Shown: piece by piece, positions 39,834-51,044 of the stretch
How positions within the stretch are numbered: the stretch's first letter is position 1
Layout: every line of letters begins with the position of its first letter
Source: an uncultured bacterium
GTDB lineage: Bacteria; CSSED10-310; CAZUFC01
Direction of reading: 5' to 3'
Length of the DNA stretch: 61,430 bases
NCBI GenBank assembly: GCA_964619725.1
Contig: CAZUFC010000033.1
Span: 5,276 to 66,705 of the forward strand
Notes under the pieces: generated by a model
The model's database searches: none
What the model saw: the letters and a program-made list of their open reading frames with translations, nothing else
What the model was told of the DNA's origin: nothing
Made by a program: the position numbers and the translations under genes

Positions 39834-41270
39834 TCACAAAAGGATATTAATATATTTCGTCACAGTATAAGACTCTATTCCTTCCGTTCCTCCTTCACGA
39901 CCGAATCCGGACTGCTTGATGCCTCCAAAAGGTATTTCTGCAGTTGCTATCACGAGATTATTCACTCCGACCATCCCCACATCCAGCATTTCCGACGCCA
40001 AAAAAGCTGTTCTGGCGTCGTTCGTAAAAATATACCCGGCAAGTCCGTATTTCGTGGCGTTGGCTTTCTCCAGGGCATCGTTCATGTCAGTAAACGAAGC
40101 AATCGGAGCCACGGGACAGAAGGGTTCCTCTTTCATTATGCGCATTGAGTCGTTCACGTTCGTAAGAACAGTGGGCTCGAAGAAGAAACCACGGGTGAAC
40201 AGGTCAGAGCGTTTTCCGCCGCAAACGATTACGGCTCCTTTTTCTACTGCATCGGCCACCAGGGCTTCGGTGGCTTCCAGTCTCCGCAGATTGGAAAGCG
40301 GGCCGACGTCCGTTTCCGGGTCTCGTCCGTTTCCCAGCCGAAGAGCCTTCGTCACTTCCACGAAACGTTCGGTAAAGCGGTCCAGGACCGATTCCTGAAC
40401 AAAGAAACGGCTGGCTGATATACAAACCTGCCCCATATTCCTGAATTTGCCTTTTGCTGAAATTTCCGCAGCCCTCTCCACATCCGCATCCTCGAAAACC
40501 AATACGGGCGAATGACCTCCAAGCTCCATCGAAACCGGTTTTATCCCCTGGGAACTCAAAGCAATTATCTCACGACCAATGGGAACAGACCCGGTGAAAC
40601 TGACCTTCCGTATAATGTCGGAAGTTATCAGATGCTCGCTGATCTGAGCAGGATTACCCGTCACGACATTCATCACTCCGGGCGGAACACCGGCATCATG
40701 ACAGACTTCCGCCAGGCAAAAACATGTGCGAGGCGCTTCCTCTGCAGGCTTGACGATGATCGAACAACCCGCAGCTATGGCCGGAGCAATCTTCCGGGCC
40801 GGCAAAAGCGCAGGAAAATTCCACGGACTGAAAGCGGCAGCCGGACCGATCGGTTGACGCATAACCAACAACCGATGCTCACGCGAATGACCCTCTATGA
40901 CTCTTCCGTATATACGCCTGGCCTCATCGGCATACCAGTCGAACTGATCAGCCGTCGCCGACAACTCACCCTTCGACTCCTCTATCGTTTTGCCCTGCTC
41001 CTCCGTCAAAATCTCGGCAACACTCTCCGTCCGCTCACGCAGCAATCGCGCCGCATCACGCAATATCGCACTTCGAGTCCAAGCATCCTTCTCGCGCCAC
41101 AAACGCCAGCCACGGTCCGCCGCACCCAATGCCCTGTCCAAATCCTCCACACCAGACACAGGAACAGTATCCACTATCTCTTCCGTCGCCGGATTGATTA
41201 CATCCATTCTTTCGCCGCTCGATGCCGGCGTCCATTCGCCGTCAATATACATCTCATTCCTTATCGCCAT
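39834..41270 (-). CDS. gabD: NAD(P)-dependent succinate-semialdehyde dehydrogenase
   Basis: PWNFP, FTGS, MELGG, GQVCIS, EEPF, PFGGIKQSGFGREG. Start set at MAIRNE after AGGGAGG. Confidence 0.88.
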   Translation of the reverse strand: MAIRNEMYIDGEWTPASSGERMDVINPATEEIVDTVPVSGVEDLDRALGAADRGWRLWREKDAWTRSAILRDAARLLRERTESVAEILTEEQGKTIEESKGELSATADQFDWYADEARRIYGRVIEGHSREHRLLVMRQPIGPAAAFSPWNFPALLPARKIAPAIAAGCSIIVKPAEEAPRTCFCLAEVCHDAGVPPGVMNVVTGNPAQISEHLITSDIIRKVSFTGSVPIGREIIALSSQGIKPVSMELGGHSPVLVFEDADVERAAEISAKGKFRNMGQVCISASRFFVQESVLDRFTERFVEVTKALRLGNGRDPETDVGPLSNLRRLEATEALVADAVEKGAVIVCGGKRSDLFTRGFFFEPTVLTNVNDSMRIMKEEPFCPVAPIASFTDMNDALEKANATKYGLAGYIFTNDARTAFLASEMLDVGMVGVNNLVIATAEIPFGGIKQSGFGREGGTEGIESYTVTKYINILL

Positions 41271-41858
41271 CTTCGCCTCCCTTTGATCCAAAATATCCTG
41301 CTTAATATCATCATTTGAGGACATCCTTTCCGCTCTTATCTCATATCCTCCATGACTGAGTTTTTTTCCTTCTCATCAGGCAAAACATAACTGTCGGCAT
41401 CCAACCATCCGTGATAACTCTTCAATGTTTTCTCCCGATTTCCGCCGTATCTTTCCGGCGTGCTTTAAAAACTGGAACTTTAATTCAGTCTCCCGGTCAT
41501 TCGTTGACATGATACAGAAATTTCAGATTTCAATCAACTTCACATACTCCGGTTATGGCAACCATCCGGTTTTTGCGACTGATCAAACCGTGGTTACGCT
41601 TTTTTTTAAAAGGTTTGACAGTTAGTTTCGGTAATCCGGGGCAGATGTCGGTATCGAAATAAACGGCCATTAATGAAAAGACAGCGGTGAAGTAGTCGAA
41701 CAGATAAATTCTGAACCAAGGATCAGTTTTATAATGGGGATTTCAATCAATCAAAGGTTTTATAAAAAAGTGCACCCCCGGCACGATCAGTCCAAAAATT
41801 CCGTTTCTTTCCCAAGACGGTAAATTTTCAGATAACGGTTTTTGCTGATATTCCACAA

Positions 41859-41928
41859 GTCCCTCCTGTCCCTTCTGTCCCTTAGGTCCCTTAGGTCCCT
41901 TAGGTCCCTTTGTCCCTTTGTCCCTAAT
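41859..41928. repeat. Intergenic 9-bp tandem repeat GTCCCTNNN, about 8 units
   Basis: gtccctcct gtcccttct (gtcccttag)x3 gtcccttt gtcccttt gtccctaat. Confidence 0.9.
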
Positions 41929-42140
41929 CATTAAGCCCCCAATAAATCACCCCGCAAGCCGGGGGACTTTGTTTTCCTTGATTTTTTTGCGATAGGCTGT
42001 TGTTTTTCGTCTTACATTTCACAATTTTTTATCAGTCAATGTCAGGAGATGTAAAATTTAATGCTGGACAGGAACAGGACAACCGTTAGACTTGACTGAA
42101 TAGGAGCAGCCAGCTTTTCCTGTTCCTCCCGGATTCTCCT

Positions 42141-43352
42141 TTATAACCCGCTCATAAACCTGGAAGCCCAGACTCGAAGGGTCGTTGCAGCATAACCGGG
42201 CGCTGTTTTCAGGAGCAATTTAAGCCACCCGGCTTCAGGCGGCCGGGCATCGGGAGCGGGTTCCAATTGAATAGCTCCTGAGCCGCAAGCTAGTGCGCAA
42301 AGTCCGCAGCCTATGCATCTGACTGGGGCGTAATGCAGAATATTGTCGTGCATAGTCCAAGCATTCATGGGACATATTTCTACACACCGGCGGCATAAAG
42401 TGCATTTTTCGCCGTTCAATACGGGAATGAAATGAGGTCTGCTTATTATGTTGGGCGTATTGAACTGGGTGACCGCCCGCAAAGCGTGACAGCAGCATCC
42501 GCAACATGAGCAACTCGCGGTGCCCCGCCTGTCGCCGATCTCATTCATCATCCACGTGACGCAATCCTGCTGCTCCGCTTCCCTCTTTATTTCTATTATC
42601 TCCTCCTTGCCGGCCTTCCTCATCATCCCCCGTTCTATAACGGATTTCGCCGAAGGACCTATGGCGACGCAGTTTTCCATTGGTTTTCCGCAACCCCGTC
42701 CTGTCAGCTCCATAGCCAGACGGCACTGACAATTCCCCACCGCAAAAAGGTCATACGGTTCAAGTATCTCCTCAAGCCTGTCCGACGGCCACGCCATGTT
42801 CAATGTATTGACGACTCCGCCCACCGGAATATAGCGTATCAATGGGTGGCCCCGCCGCAGATATTCCGCCAAAAAACCTTCATCCCACAACCTCTCGAAT
42901 AATTCTGCAAATTTTTTATGCCAGGCGTTCCTTGTCGAAAGGTCAGGCGTCATCAGCGACATCTCGAAAGTTCCCGGAACAATCGGCAGTATCGTGTATT
43001 TTCTGGGCTCTCCAAAAGCCAGAATAACGAACTTATTCAAAGCCAGATTGTCCATTACTCGTTTCACGTTAACAAGCGAACGACCCGATCGCCGGGCGAT
43101 GCTTTCCGCTGTCCGGGGCCAAAGCGGCGGTAAATATTGAACTAAGTCCGCTTCGTCCTCCGTGAACATATGCATGATCATCTCCAAAAGAAGCTCGGAA
43201 CGCGGAGGTCCCAGAAGGAGAGGCGAAGAATAATGCTTGACGATCCTGTGATGAGCCGGCGTGGGCTTCTGTGCCGTCCCGAAGCCAGTTATGACCGCAC
43301 CCAGGTCTATGTTCAGCTCTATGATTCGTTTTTTGTTTTCCTTTTCTTTCAT
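42141..43352 (-). CDS. 4Fe-4S binding protein with Cys-rich central domain
   Basis: CQCR..C..C, CSCCGCCC, CTLCRRCVEICP, CIGCGLCALAC. Confidence 0.85.
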   Translation of the reverse strand: MKEKENKKRIIELNIDLGAVITGFGTAQKPTPAHHRIVKHYSSPLLLGPPRSELLLEMIMHMFTEDEADLVQYLPPLWPRTAESIARRSGRSLVNVKRVMDNLALNKFVILAFGEPRKYTILPIVPGTFEMSLMTPDLSTRNAWHKKFAELFERLWDEGFLAEYLRRGHPLIRYIPVGGVVNTLNMAWPSDRLEEILEPYDLFAVGNCQCRLAMELTGRGCGKPMENCVAIGPSAKSVIERGMMRKAGKEEIIEIKREAEQQDCVTWMMNEIGDRRGTASCSCCGCCCHALRAVTQFNTPNIISRPHFIPVLNGEKCTLCRRCVEICPMNAWTMHDNILHYAPVRCIGCGLCALACGSGAIQLEPAPDARPPEAGWLKLLLKTAPGYAATTLRVWASRFMSGL

Positions 43353-43455
43353 TCAGCGCCCTCCTGCAAAAACAGTTTTATGATTCATTTCGATCAAGCG
43401 TATTTGCGGAAAAAATATTTGAAAACGATGCATCATGTTTACAGTTCTTCTGCTG

Positions 43456-44868
43456 TCAATAACCTGTTGCCTGAGCGCTAACAACATCATAATCATTAAC
43501 CGCTCCGGTCGCTGGATCGAGACACGCTCCCCAGAATCTGAATTCCGGAATGCTTCCGCAATCGTCCGGCCATACGAATTCCAGTATAACCTCTTCATAG
43601 TCCGCATTCCCTGCCGGCATCCACGTTTTCTTATCTACGTCCGTCCCCCAGGACTCCCAGAACCAGTATTCTCCCGAAACATCGAGAATTATATATTCAT
43701 CCACCGTCAAGGACTGTGATGAACGGTTCTTTAACATTCTTTCGAGCGAAAACGTGTCGCCGGTTTCCAGGTCCGTATCCTCCATTATGAGACTATATTT
43801 TATATTGTCGGTTCTCACGGCATACTTCAGATTCCCGTCTTCGAAATTATAGTAACACACATGCGGTTTCCCGGCATTGTCCAGGGCAAGCGATACGTGC
43901 GATCCGACGTCTTCTTCGCCATTGACGATTTGTTTGAACCAGCCGTATTTTTTCTGGTACGCGTATTTAATGTCATGGTTGTTTAAATCGCTGTAGGCGA
44001 TATGTATTCCGCCTTCGTCGTCCAGCTTCATCGACATAGAGAGCCCGAAAGCATAGTCGGATTCGATGTTTTCATTCCGCCATTCCGTCCCGTCGAAATA
44101 AAAATGTTTGACTCCCGCTACCCTGGAATCGTAACAGGCTATATGAGGATATCCATTCCGGTCCAGGGCGATGGAATTACTCCAACCTATCCCTATCGTC
44201 GTATCGACGTCGAACGTGGTCCAGGAATCGCCGTCCGAAAAAGCATAATTCAGAAAAGAAAAATTGCTGTGATGCGACGTATAATATTGACAATAGCTGA
44301 TATGAGGATGTCCATCATCATCCAGAACGATTGAAGTTCCCGCTCCGTAACCGCTGTAAGACTCTATCATCTGGGTTATCCATTCCTGGCCGTCCCAATG
44401 CGCATACATCGATGAGCCGTAATAATAAAAAGCTATATGCGGCAATCCATCATCATCTATCGCTAACGACGTATCGTATCCCCAGTCATATGCCTGCTCT
44501 TTTTGCCACGTCCCGCCTGACCGGGATGCATACCAGATGCCCCCTTCCATTCCCACGTAACTGATATGAGGAATACCAGCCGCGTCGAGAGCAATACATG
44601 TATCTCCCTCCACATCTCCGCTGTCGTCCACCGTCTCAACCGTCCACGACCCTCCCGACCGGAAGGCATACTTCAGGTTCCGGTCCGTATAATCATAATA
44701 ACTGATATGAGGATATCCCGCCTCATCCACCGCTATGGAATTATACTGCCCTACGTCGCCTGCCCAATCAACCGTCTCTGTTTCCCAGCCTCCCAGAACC
44801 GCCGGACTCAATAAAAAAAACGCTCCAAAAAGACAACTCAAATAAACCGCATTCTTCAATCCGACCAT
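43456..44868 (-). CDS. Secreted beta-propeller-type repeat protein with conserved C-terminal domain; paralog of 32811..34283
   Basis: Repeats of SIAxDxxGxPHISYY..LKYA; AAGGAGG RBS before MVGLKN; C-terminal ILDVSGEYWFWESW..EFVWP. Confidence 0.85.
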   Translation of the reverse strand: MVGLKNAVYLSCLFGAFFLLSPAVLGGWETETVDWAGDVGQYNSIAVDEAGYPHISYYDYTDRNLKYAFRSGGSWTVETVDDSGDVEGDTCIALDAAGIPHISYVGMEGGIWYASRSGGTWQKEQAYDWGYDTSLAIDDDGLPHIAFYYYGSSMYAHWDGQEWITQMIESYSGYGAGTSIVLDDDGHPHISYCQYYTSHHSNFSFLNYAFSDGDSWTTFDVDTTIGIGWSNSIALDRNGYPHIACYDSRVAGVKHFYFDGTEWRNENIESDYAFGLSMSMKLDDEGGIHIAYSDLNNHDIKYAYQKKYGWFKQIVNGEEDVGSHVSLALDNAGKPHVCYYNFEDGNLKYAVRTDNIKYSLIMEDTDLETGDTFSLERMLKNRSSQSLTVDEYIILDVSGEYWFWESWGTDVDKKTWMPAGNADYEEVILEFVWPDDCGSIPEFRFWGACLDPATGAVNDYDVVSAQATGY

Positions 44869-44957
44869 GTTTTCCTCCTTGTTGAAAATTCCCCCTCTAC
44901 ACACTCTACTATAACACATTTTGAAATAATCAAATACCAGCCGTTATTTTTCGCAAT

Positions 44958-44987
44958 ACAAATTCGCTTGTTTATGGATCAAAAACT
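44958..44987 (+). repeat. Partial remnant of the MITE-like repeat
   Basis: acaaattcgcttgtttatggatcaaaaact, compared with acaattcgctcgtttatggatcagaaacc (copy 2) and taaattcacccgtttatggatcaaaact (copy 1). Confidence 0.55.
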
Positions 44988-45205
44988 CGGATATCTGATC
45001 CGGGATGTGCATTTGTTGAAAAAAAGGAATTTTTATGTGAACATCTTCCCTGTCGATCAATGCAGCTAAAAGCATGATCGATGCCGTACGGTTCAATTCA
45101 CCTTTTACTTTCAACGGTTTCAGAAGAAATCGGAGCCAGGCCGAAAACTTTATTTTTTCTTCATCGTTTCATCCGTTCCTCCCTGGATACCCGAAAGGTT
45201 GCGGA

Positions 45206-46987
45206 ATGAAAATAAAATTCAACGGCAAACCAACCGAGCTTTTTCGCGGACGATCAAAGGTATCCCGCAACACGGTTTTATTACTGAGCATTCTTGTTTT
45301 CGCCGGAACCGTGCGGTTCATTCATCTTACGCACCAGCTTTCCTCTCCACTGGCTCACGGAGAAGAAATCATGACTTCCAGCGATTTTTACTGTTTTTCT
45401 CAATGGGCGAAAAGAATCGCTGCCGGAGACGTGCTGTGTCGGGACACCTATCATCCCTATATGGACTGGATGAATCCGGTAGCGGACATATCCGTTTTCG
45501 AGCAATGGTGGGGCGGCAAGGAAATATACCATCAGGCGCCTCTTTACGCTTATCTTCTGGCTCTGAGTTACTACATTTCGGGAACGACCGTTCCCATCCT
45601 GGTTCTACAGATATTTTTCAGTCTCTTTTTCATTTACATGGTTTATTATCTGGGCAGGCGCATCCTGGACCGGCAAGCGGGAATCATCGCCTCACTGACG
45701 GCAGCCATGTTCGCTCCCGCCATAGTCCTGGACACGATACCCTTGAGGGCTTCTCTGGTTACCATGCTGACGCTCCTGACGGTGATCGTTTTTCTGAGAA
45801 TATCCGACAAACCTTCGGCAGGTAGAGGCTTCATCACGGGAGCAGTTCTGGCGGCAGGCTATTTGCTCAAACCCACCTGGCTGATTCTCACTGCCGCAGG
45901 ACCTGTAATCGTTATGATATCACTCTACCGGAATCCGAACTCAAAAAAATGGATATGGCTGCCCTCGCTTTTCGCCGGATTCATTCTCTGCCTTACGCCG
46001 TTATTCATTCGGAACCTCATCGTTGGAGCGCCGGTTGCAGCATTAAGCACAAGAGGACCTGAAACGGTCTACCAGGCTAATAATCGATACGCAGACCCCG
46101 CCATGTTTACTATGCCGCCTGCTCATGTTTATGCCGAGGATATGGAAAAAGCTCATGGGTCCGTGATCAAGGCCCTGATCGTCTCCATTTCATCATGGTC
46201 TGATGAAGGCGGGTTCGTTCTCTGGCTGAAACATGAATGGCGTAAATTCATCTGCATTATCCAGGACTTTGAACATCCCAACAACATTAATTTTTACTAT
46301 TATCGAAAACTCACGCCCTTCCTCAAATACTTTCCGACTTTCGGACACATCTTCGGCGTATCCCTTATCGGCCTCGTTTTTATGTTCTTCACAAGCCGAA
46401 ACCGTACAGCCGTCCTCCTGTTTCTCCTGGCTATCCTCAGCATTATAATGGGATTGCTGCTTACCTTCGTTCTCGGTCGATACAGGCTCCCTCTCGCCAT
46501 GCTCCTTACTGTGCCCGCCGGCATTGGCTTTTCTCTCGTCTTAAAGTGGACCCGTCAAAAAAAATTCCTTAAAAGCGCAACGACGGTATTACTCGCTATA
46601 CTCCTCTCATGGCTCTCCTTCACGACCGCTCCGTCCCGAGCCACGTTCGCCGGGGATGCCATGTTCATTCTTTCACCAAAAGAATCAAAAATCGTGCAGG
46701 AACTCATGGCCCTCAGGTTCCTGGAATATAAAACCGCAGCAAAAGTCCTCCTTTCCAGAAACGACCGGGATGCCGCAGAAAGCGTTATTGAAGAATACCT
46801 AAGCGAATTGAACGACCTGGAACGAAAAATTAGACCGAAGGCGAGCATAAGAGGCGCTCGTATTTTCATCCAGGGAAAAATACATATCATTTCTTCCGTC
46901 ATAAGCTTCTGCGAACAAATGGGATTGGAAAACATTGCAGAACGTTTAAAACCGGGAAATTCCGGTGTAAAGCGTAATTTGAATTGA
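45206..46987 (+). CDS. GT39/ArnT-like polytopic glycosyltransferase
   Basis: HQAPLYAYLLAL, many transmembrane segments, PLFIRNLIVG, RYRLPL. Start uncertain (45074 or 45206). Confidence 0.75.
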   Translation: MKIKFNGKPTELFRGRSKVSRNTVLLLSILVFAGTVRFIHLTHQLSSPLAHGEEIMTSSDFYCFSQWAKRIAAGDVLCRDTYHPYMDWMNPVADISVFEQWWGGKEIYHQAPLYAYLLALSYYISGTTVPILVLQIFFSLFFIYMVYYLGRRILDRQAGIIASLTAAMFAPAIVLDTIPLRASLVTMLTLLTVIVFLRISDKPSAGRGFITGAVLAAGYLLKPTWLILTAAGPVIVMISLYRNPNSKKWIWLPSLFAGFILCLTPLFIRNLIVGAPVAALSTRGPETVYQANNRYADPAMFTMPPAHVYAEDMEKAHGSVIKALIVSISSWSDEGGFVLWLKHEWRKFICIIQDFEHPNNINFYYYRKLTPFLKYFPTFGHIFGVSLIGLVFMFFTSRNRTAVLLFLLAILSIIMGLLLTFVLGRYRLPLAMLLTVPAGIGFSLVLKWTRQKKFLKSATTVLLAILLSWLSFTTAPSRATFAGDAMFILSPKESKIVQELMALRFLEYKTAAKVLLSRNDRDAAESVIEEYLSELNDLERKIRPKASIRGARIFIQGKIHIISSVISFCEQMGLENIAERLKPGNSGVKRNLN

Positions 46988-47122
46988 TCCCGGATTTTGA
47001 CAAAGCGATTTCTGTTCATTATATAACAGGTGGAGGTTGTTGAGATTCTAATAGGGACTCGTTCTAATGTCGAAGAATTTTCATTTATTATTAAAGCATA
47101 ATAGTAAAGAAAGGAGCGAAAA

Positions 47123-48727
47123 GTGAAAAAATCATTCATGACTGACTTATTAATTGCAGTGTTTTGCATTTTTACCTGTTTTTCCATGCTTCATGCCGCT
47201 CCCGGCATGATCAATTACCAGGGCAAAATAGAAGCGGACGGCGAACCTTACGGCTACCCGGTTCCTGCGGAAGGTTATTTCATGTTCGCCATATTGTCGG
47301 CCGGGAACGAAATATTATGGACCAATGACGGAGCGCAACCGAACCCGCCGGCGATTCCCGTCGCAACGACCATAAGCGCCGGTCTTTACAATGTTATTCT
47401 GGGTTATACCGACGGCATGTCGCCCATACCCCCGGACGTTTTCGAGACAGATGAAGTTTACCTGAGAATATGGTTCTCTGAAGACGGATCAAATTTTCAA
47501 CAACTGTCGCCCGATCAGATTATGACCAGCACAGGATATGCCCTGCAGGCCGAAGACGTTTACGATAAAGAGATCAGTCCGCGCAGCGTGAGCATTGCGG
47601 GCTACGACGGAAAAAATGAACTGGTCATCAACGAAGTGGGCCAATGGGTTGGAGACCCCACAGGTTTACAGGGTCCGGCAGGCGATACGGGACCGCAAGG
47701 ACCGCAGGGCTATACAGGCGCTGTGGGGCCGACAGGACATACCGGGCCGCAAGGACCGAAAGGAGACACCGGCGCTATGGGTCCGATGGGATATACCGGG
47801 CCGGAAGGACCGCAGGGCTATACCGGCGCTATGGGTCCGACGGGACATACCGGGCCTGAAGGACCGCAGGGCGATACCGGCGCTGTGGGGCCGACGGGAC
47901 ATACCGGGCCTGAAGGGCCGAAAGGAGACACCGGCCTCATGGGTCCGACGGGGCATACCGGGCCGGAAGGACCGCAGGGCGATACCGGAGCCATGGGTCC
48001 GATGGGACATACCGGGCCGGAAGGACCGAAAGGAGACACCGGCGCTATGGGCCTTACTGGTCACACGGGTCCTGCAGGTCCGACTGGAGCCACAGGATTA
48101 ATGGGTCCGGAAGGGCCCCAGGGCGATACCGGCGTTATGGGTCCATCAGGCGAAATGGGACCAGCAGGGCCGACCGGTCCGCAAGGCGACACCGGTCCCA
48201 TAGGTCCGATGGGTTACACCGGACCGGAAGGTCCCGCCGGCGATACCGGCCCCGAAGGTCCGACAGGTCCCAAAGGCGATACCGGAGTCATCGGGACTGG
48301 GGCATTCCAATGGTATTATCAACCCTCTGACAACATCATCTGCCAGGAAACCGATGACCATGGAGCAAGCTCCACCAGTTTCGTTAAAGTATTTAATCTC
48401 GAATTGGTCCGCTTTCACCGCGAATCCAATATACGCGTTCAAACAAAATGCGGCCGTAACAGCGATAATGGAGAAAGAGTCTACTGGCGAATCACAGACC
48501 AAAACGGCAACGTCCTGGAAGAAGGAAACAAATATCCACCTTATCCCATGGCGACCATTTCCTTCGACATCTACCTGAACGATTACGACAGAATCACCAA
48601 CCTCTATTTCTATATCCGGTCGTCAGGCGGATGCAACATGTGGTACAATTACATCAGACTATGCGGCGACATGGTCGACCAGTATGTCGATATGGACTTC
48701 CCTGAAATCGTTGAGGGCGATTTGTAA
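47123..48727 (+). CDS. Secreted collagen-like protein
   Basis: Signal peptide; PGMINYQG N-domain; long (Gly-X-Y)n tract; globular C-terminal domain; AAGGAG RBS before GTG. Confidence 0.9.
   Translation: MKKSFMTDLLIAVFCIFTCFSMLHAAPGMINYQGKIEADGEPYGYPVPAEGYFMFAILSAGNEILWTNDGAQPNPPAIPVATTISAGLYNVILGYTDGMSPIPPDVFETDEVYLRIWFSEDGSNFQQLSPDQIMTSTGYALQAEDVYDKEISPRSVSIAGYDGKNELVINEVGQWVGDPTGLQGPAGDTGPQGPQGYTGAVGPTGHTGPQGPKGDTGAMGPMGYTGPEGPQGYTGAMGPTGHTGPEGPQGDTGAVGPTGHTGPEGPKGDTGLMGPTGHTGPEGPQGDTGAMGPMGHTGPEGPKGDTGAMGLTGHTGPAGPTGATGLMGPEGPQGDTGVMGPSGEMGPAGPTGPQGDTGPIGPMGYTGPEGPAGDTGPEGPTGPKGDTGVIGTGAFQWYYQPSDNIICQETDDHGASSTSFVKVFNLELVRFHRESNIRVQTKCGRNSDNGERVYWRITDQNGNVLEEGNKYPPYPMATISFDIYLNDYDRITNLYFYIRSSGGCNMWYNYIRLCGDMVDQYVDMDFPEIVEGDL
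47651..48302 (+). repeat. Collagen Gly-X-Y coding repeats with a 54-bp higher-order unit ([18 protein letters not shown])
   Basis: Repeated ccggaaggaccg(c/a)a(g/a)gg..ac(c/a)ggcgct(a/g)tggg.ccga.ggga.ataccggg. Confidence 0.9.
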
Positions 48728-49213
48728 AACATAGAAGGGCTGGTCATACGTTACCCCCCTTCCATGAAGGCATACCGCTCCCTCTGGATGAAAATTGGGA
48801 AGGGATGGATGCATGTAAGATATGATAGTTGGAAAAATGGTGACTGATCCAACCGGGGTTACACTTTTTTCAAAGTTTTTGACAGTTTGTTTCTGTAATC
48901 GGGATCGGGGTCGGGGTCGGGGTTGGGATCGCAATCGGACATTCAATAAAGAGAACTACGCCAACTGAATGATTGTTTCAAGTATGCATAAAATTGAATT
49001 TTTCAAAGTGGATTTCAAGTTCAATACGAGATTTGACCGTTAACTTAAAAGTCAGTTCTCTTATACTAATGACTAAGCTGCTCGCTGTGGATAAATGACA
49101 CATTCTCACCCAAAGTTTAGTTTCGCTTCCCTTTCATAGCATTTTATCGTATACTCTCTCCAGATACTGTGCCGTTGCATAGATTTCCTATCACCTTAAG
49201 TCAGGAAAAAATT

Positions 49214-51040
49214 ATGACACTCTGCAGATGGCAAAAAGACTTTGATGATTCTCTGAAGTACAAGAAATGTATCATCTTATGCGGCAATATCCGTGACAAA
49301 TACCTTTTCCAGGAACCTCATGCGGAAGACAATTATAAATTGTTGAGTTTAAAAGAATTCATGATCGCAAAGTTGTCCAGGATTGCCGGAAAGCTGCAGT
49401 TCTACGATCCCATCTCTAAAATTACCGATCATTCCCCTGATGCCAGGAACTCTAAAACGGCTCCCGAACAGGCAACCCGAGTGCCGGACGACATATCCGG
49501 AACCGGTCCTCAGCGGTCGATCGCCGGAGAAGGAAAAACAGTCAGAGATTTAATTAGAATACGTAGAGATTTGAGTGCGGATCAGGGCACTTATATGATC
49601 ATGCAATATGCGGACAAAACCATGCCGGAAAAAGCACAAGATGAAGAGAACATGCGTCTGGTTCTTTATATCGAAAAGATAATTGAAAATATTTCTCCCG
49701 GGAACCGTTTGATATTGATCTATCTTATGAATGAACAGGTGCCCCAGGAGTTATACGTGAATCATCCGAAGGTGAAGCTGATCGAGATTCCGTCGCCTGA
49801 TCGGTCCGAACTGCGATTATTATTTGAACGTTTTTATCGATGGGGGAGTGAGGACATAGAAAGCCTGGTGAATGTTGCGGACGGATTGAAATTTTCGGAG
49901 ATCGAACAGATCGTGCAGTCGTTGAACAAAACTTTTGATTTGGAGGAATTTAAAACTCGCTTAAGGCTTTATAAATTCGGCGAATCGAAAAATTACTGGG
50001 AAGAAGTGAGTTTAAAAAAATTGAATGCGGCTCATGATTTTTTCACGAAACAGGAAGGGATAAAAGGCCAGGATGAAGCGATCAATCGGGTGATCAGGGT
50101 GGTGGTGAGGGCAAGAGCGGACATTCAGCGAAAAACTGGCGGCAATCCGAAGACGCCGCGGGGTAAGTTGTTTTTCTCGGGTCCCACAGGCGTGGGAAAG
50201 ACCCTGACGGCCAAAAAGCTGGCTAGGTTTTTATTCGGCTCGGAGGATGCGTTCATCAGGTTCGACATGAGCGAATACAGTCAGGAATTTCAAGTTACCA
50301 GGCTTTACGGAGCGCCTCCGGGTTATATCGGATACGAGAGCGGCGGAACATTGACCAATGCCGTCAAAAAACGTCCTTTTTCCGTAATACTTTTCGACGA
50401 AATCGAAAAAGCGAATGCGAGAGTCTTCGATATTTTTCTTCAGATACTGGAAGACGGCAGGATCACCGATTCCAAAGGCGATACTGTCTTTCTGTCTGAA
50501 GCCATCATTATTTTCACCTCTAATCTCGGGACTCGAACCACGGATATCAAAGGAAAAAAAAGCAGCGAACGGGGTAATCTCGATGCTTTACGGAGCCGTA
50601 CCGATGTCGAGGGAATTCGCAACCATTTCTTGAACAGCGTCGAAAATTTTTTCCAGTACGAAATTTCCAGACCTGAACTTTTAAACAGAATAGGACGGGA
50701 CAACATTATCGTATTTAATTTCATCCTTCAAGAAGACACCATCAAGGGCATGATCAGACATCATCTGAATCAGGTCCGAACCTCATTCAACGATTTTTAT
50801 CAGAAAATAATGCCCAGAATGACGCTGAGCATGGAGACAGACAATCTTACGGATTATTTCTATAAGCAGTATTTCAATGAAATACAACTTTTCGGCGGGC
50901 GTCAGGTGGAAAATATTATTAATGAACATATTCGCGATAAACTGGCCGTCGCGGTATTGAAAGCCGAATACAGAAAAAAACAGGAAGCTGCAGTCATTGC
51001 GGAAGTAGCGGATGAAGGAATAAAAATATCACTTCAATAG
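49214..51040 (+). CDS. AAA+ ATPase with a ClpB/ClpA second-module (D2)-like C-terminal domain and an N-terminal half lacking a Walker A motif
   Basis: GPTGVGKT, RFDMSEY, RLYGAPPGYIGY, LFDEIEKA, LQILEDGRITD, RPELLNRI. No Clp-N repeats and no IGF loop seen. Confidence 0.9.
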   Translation: MTLCRWQKDFDDSLKYKKCIILCGNIRDKYLFQEPHAEDNYKLLSLKEFMIAKLSRIAGKLQFYDPISKITDHSPDARNSKTAPEQATRVPDDISGTGPQRSIAGEGKTVRDLIRIRRDLSADQGTYMIMQYADKTMPEKAQDEENMRLVLYIEKIIENISPGNRLILIYLMNEQVPQELYVNHPKVKLIEIPSPDRSELRLLFERFYRWGSEDIESLVNVADGLKFSEIEQIVQSLNKTFDLEEFKTRLRLYKFGESKNYWEEVSLKKLNAAHDFFTKQEGIKGQDEAINRVIRVVVRARADIQRKTGGNPKTPRGKLFFSGPTGVGKTLTAKKLARFLFGSEDAFIRFDMSEYSQEFQVTRLYGAPPGYIGYESGGTLTNAVKKRPFSVILFDEIEKANARVFDIFLQILEDGRITDSKGDTVFLSEAIIIFTSNLGTRTTDIKGKKSSERGNLDALRSRTDVEGIRNHFLNSVENFFQYEISRPELLNRIGRDNIIVFNFILQEDTIKGMIRHHLNQVRTSFNDFYQKIMPRMTLSMETDNLTDYFYKQYFNEIQLFGGRQVENIINEHIRDKLAVAVLKAEYRKKQEAAVIAEVADEGIKISLQ

Positions 51041-51044
51041 CACG

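Noticed and set aside
41743-41931. ORF with KGPKGPKGP collagen-like start
   Set aside because: It is a translation of the 9-bp intergenic repeat, with no other coding evidence.
47595-48101. Arg-rich repetitive alternative-frame ORFs
   Set aside because: Frame shadows of the collagen repeat.
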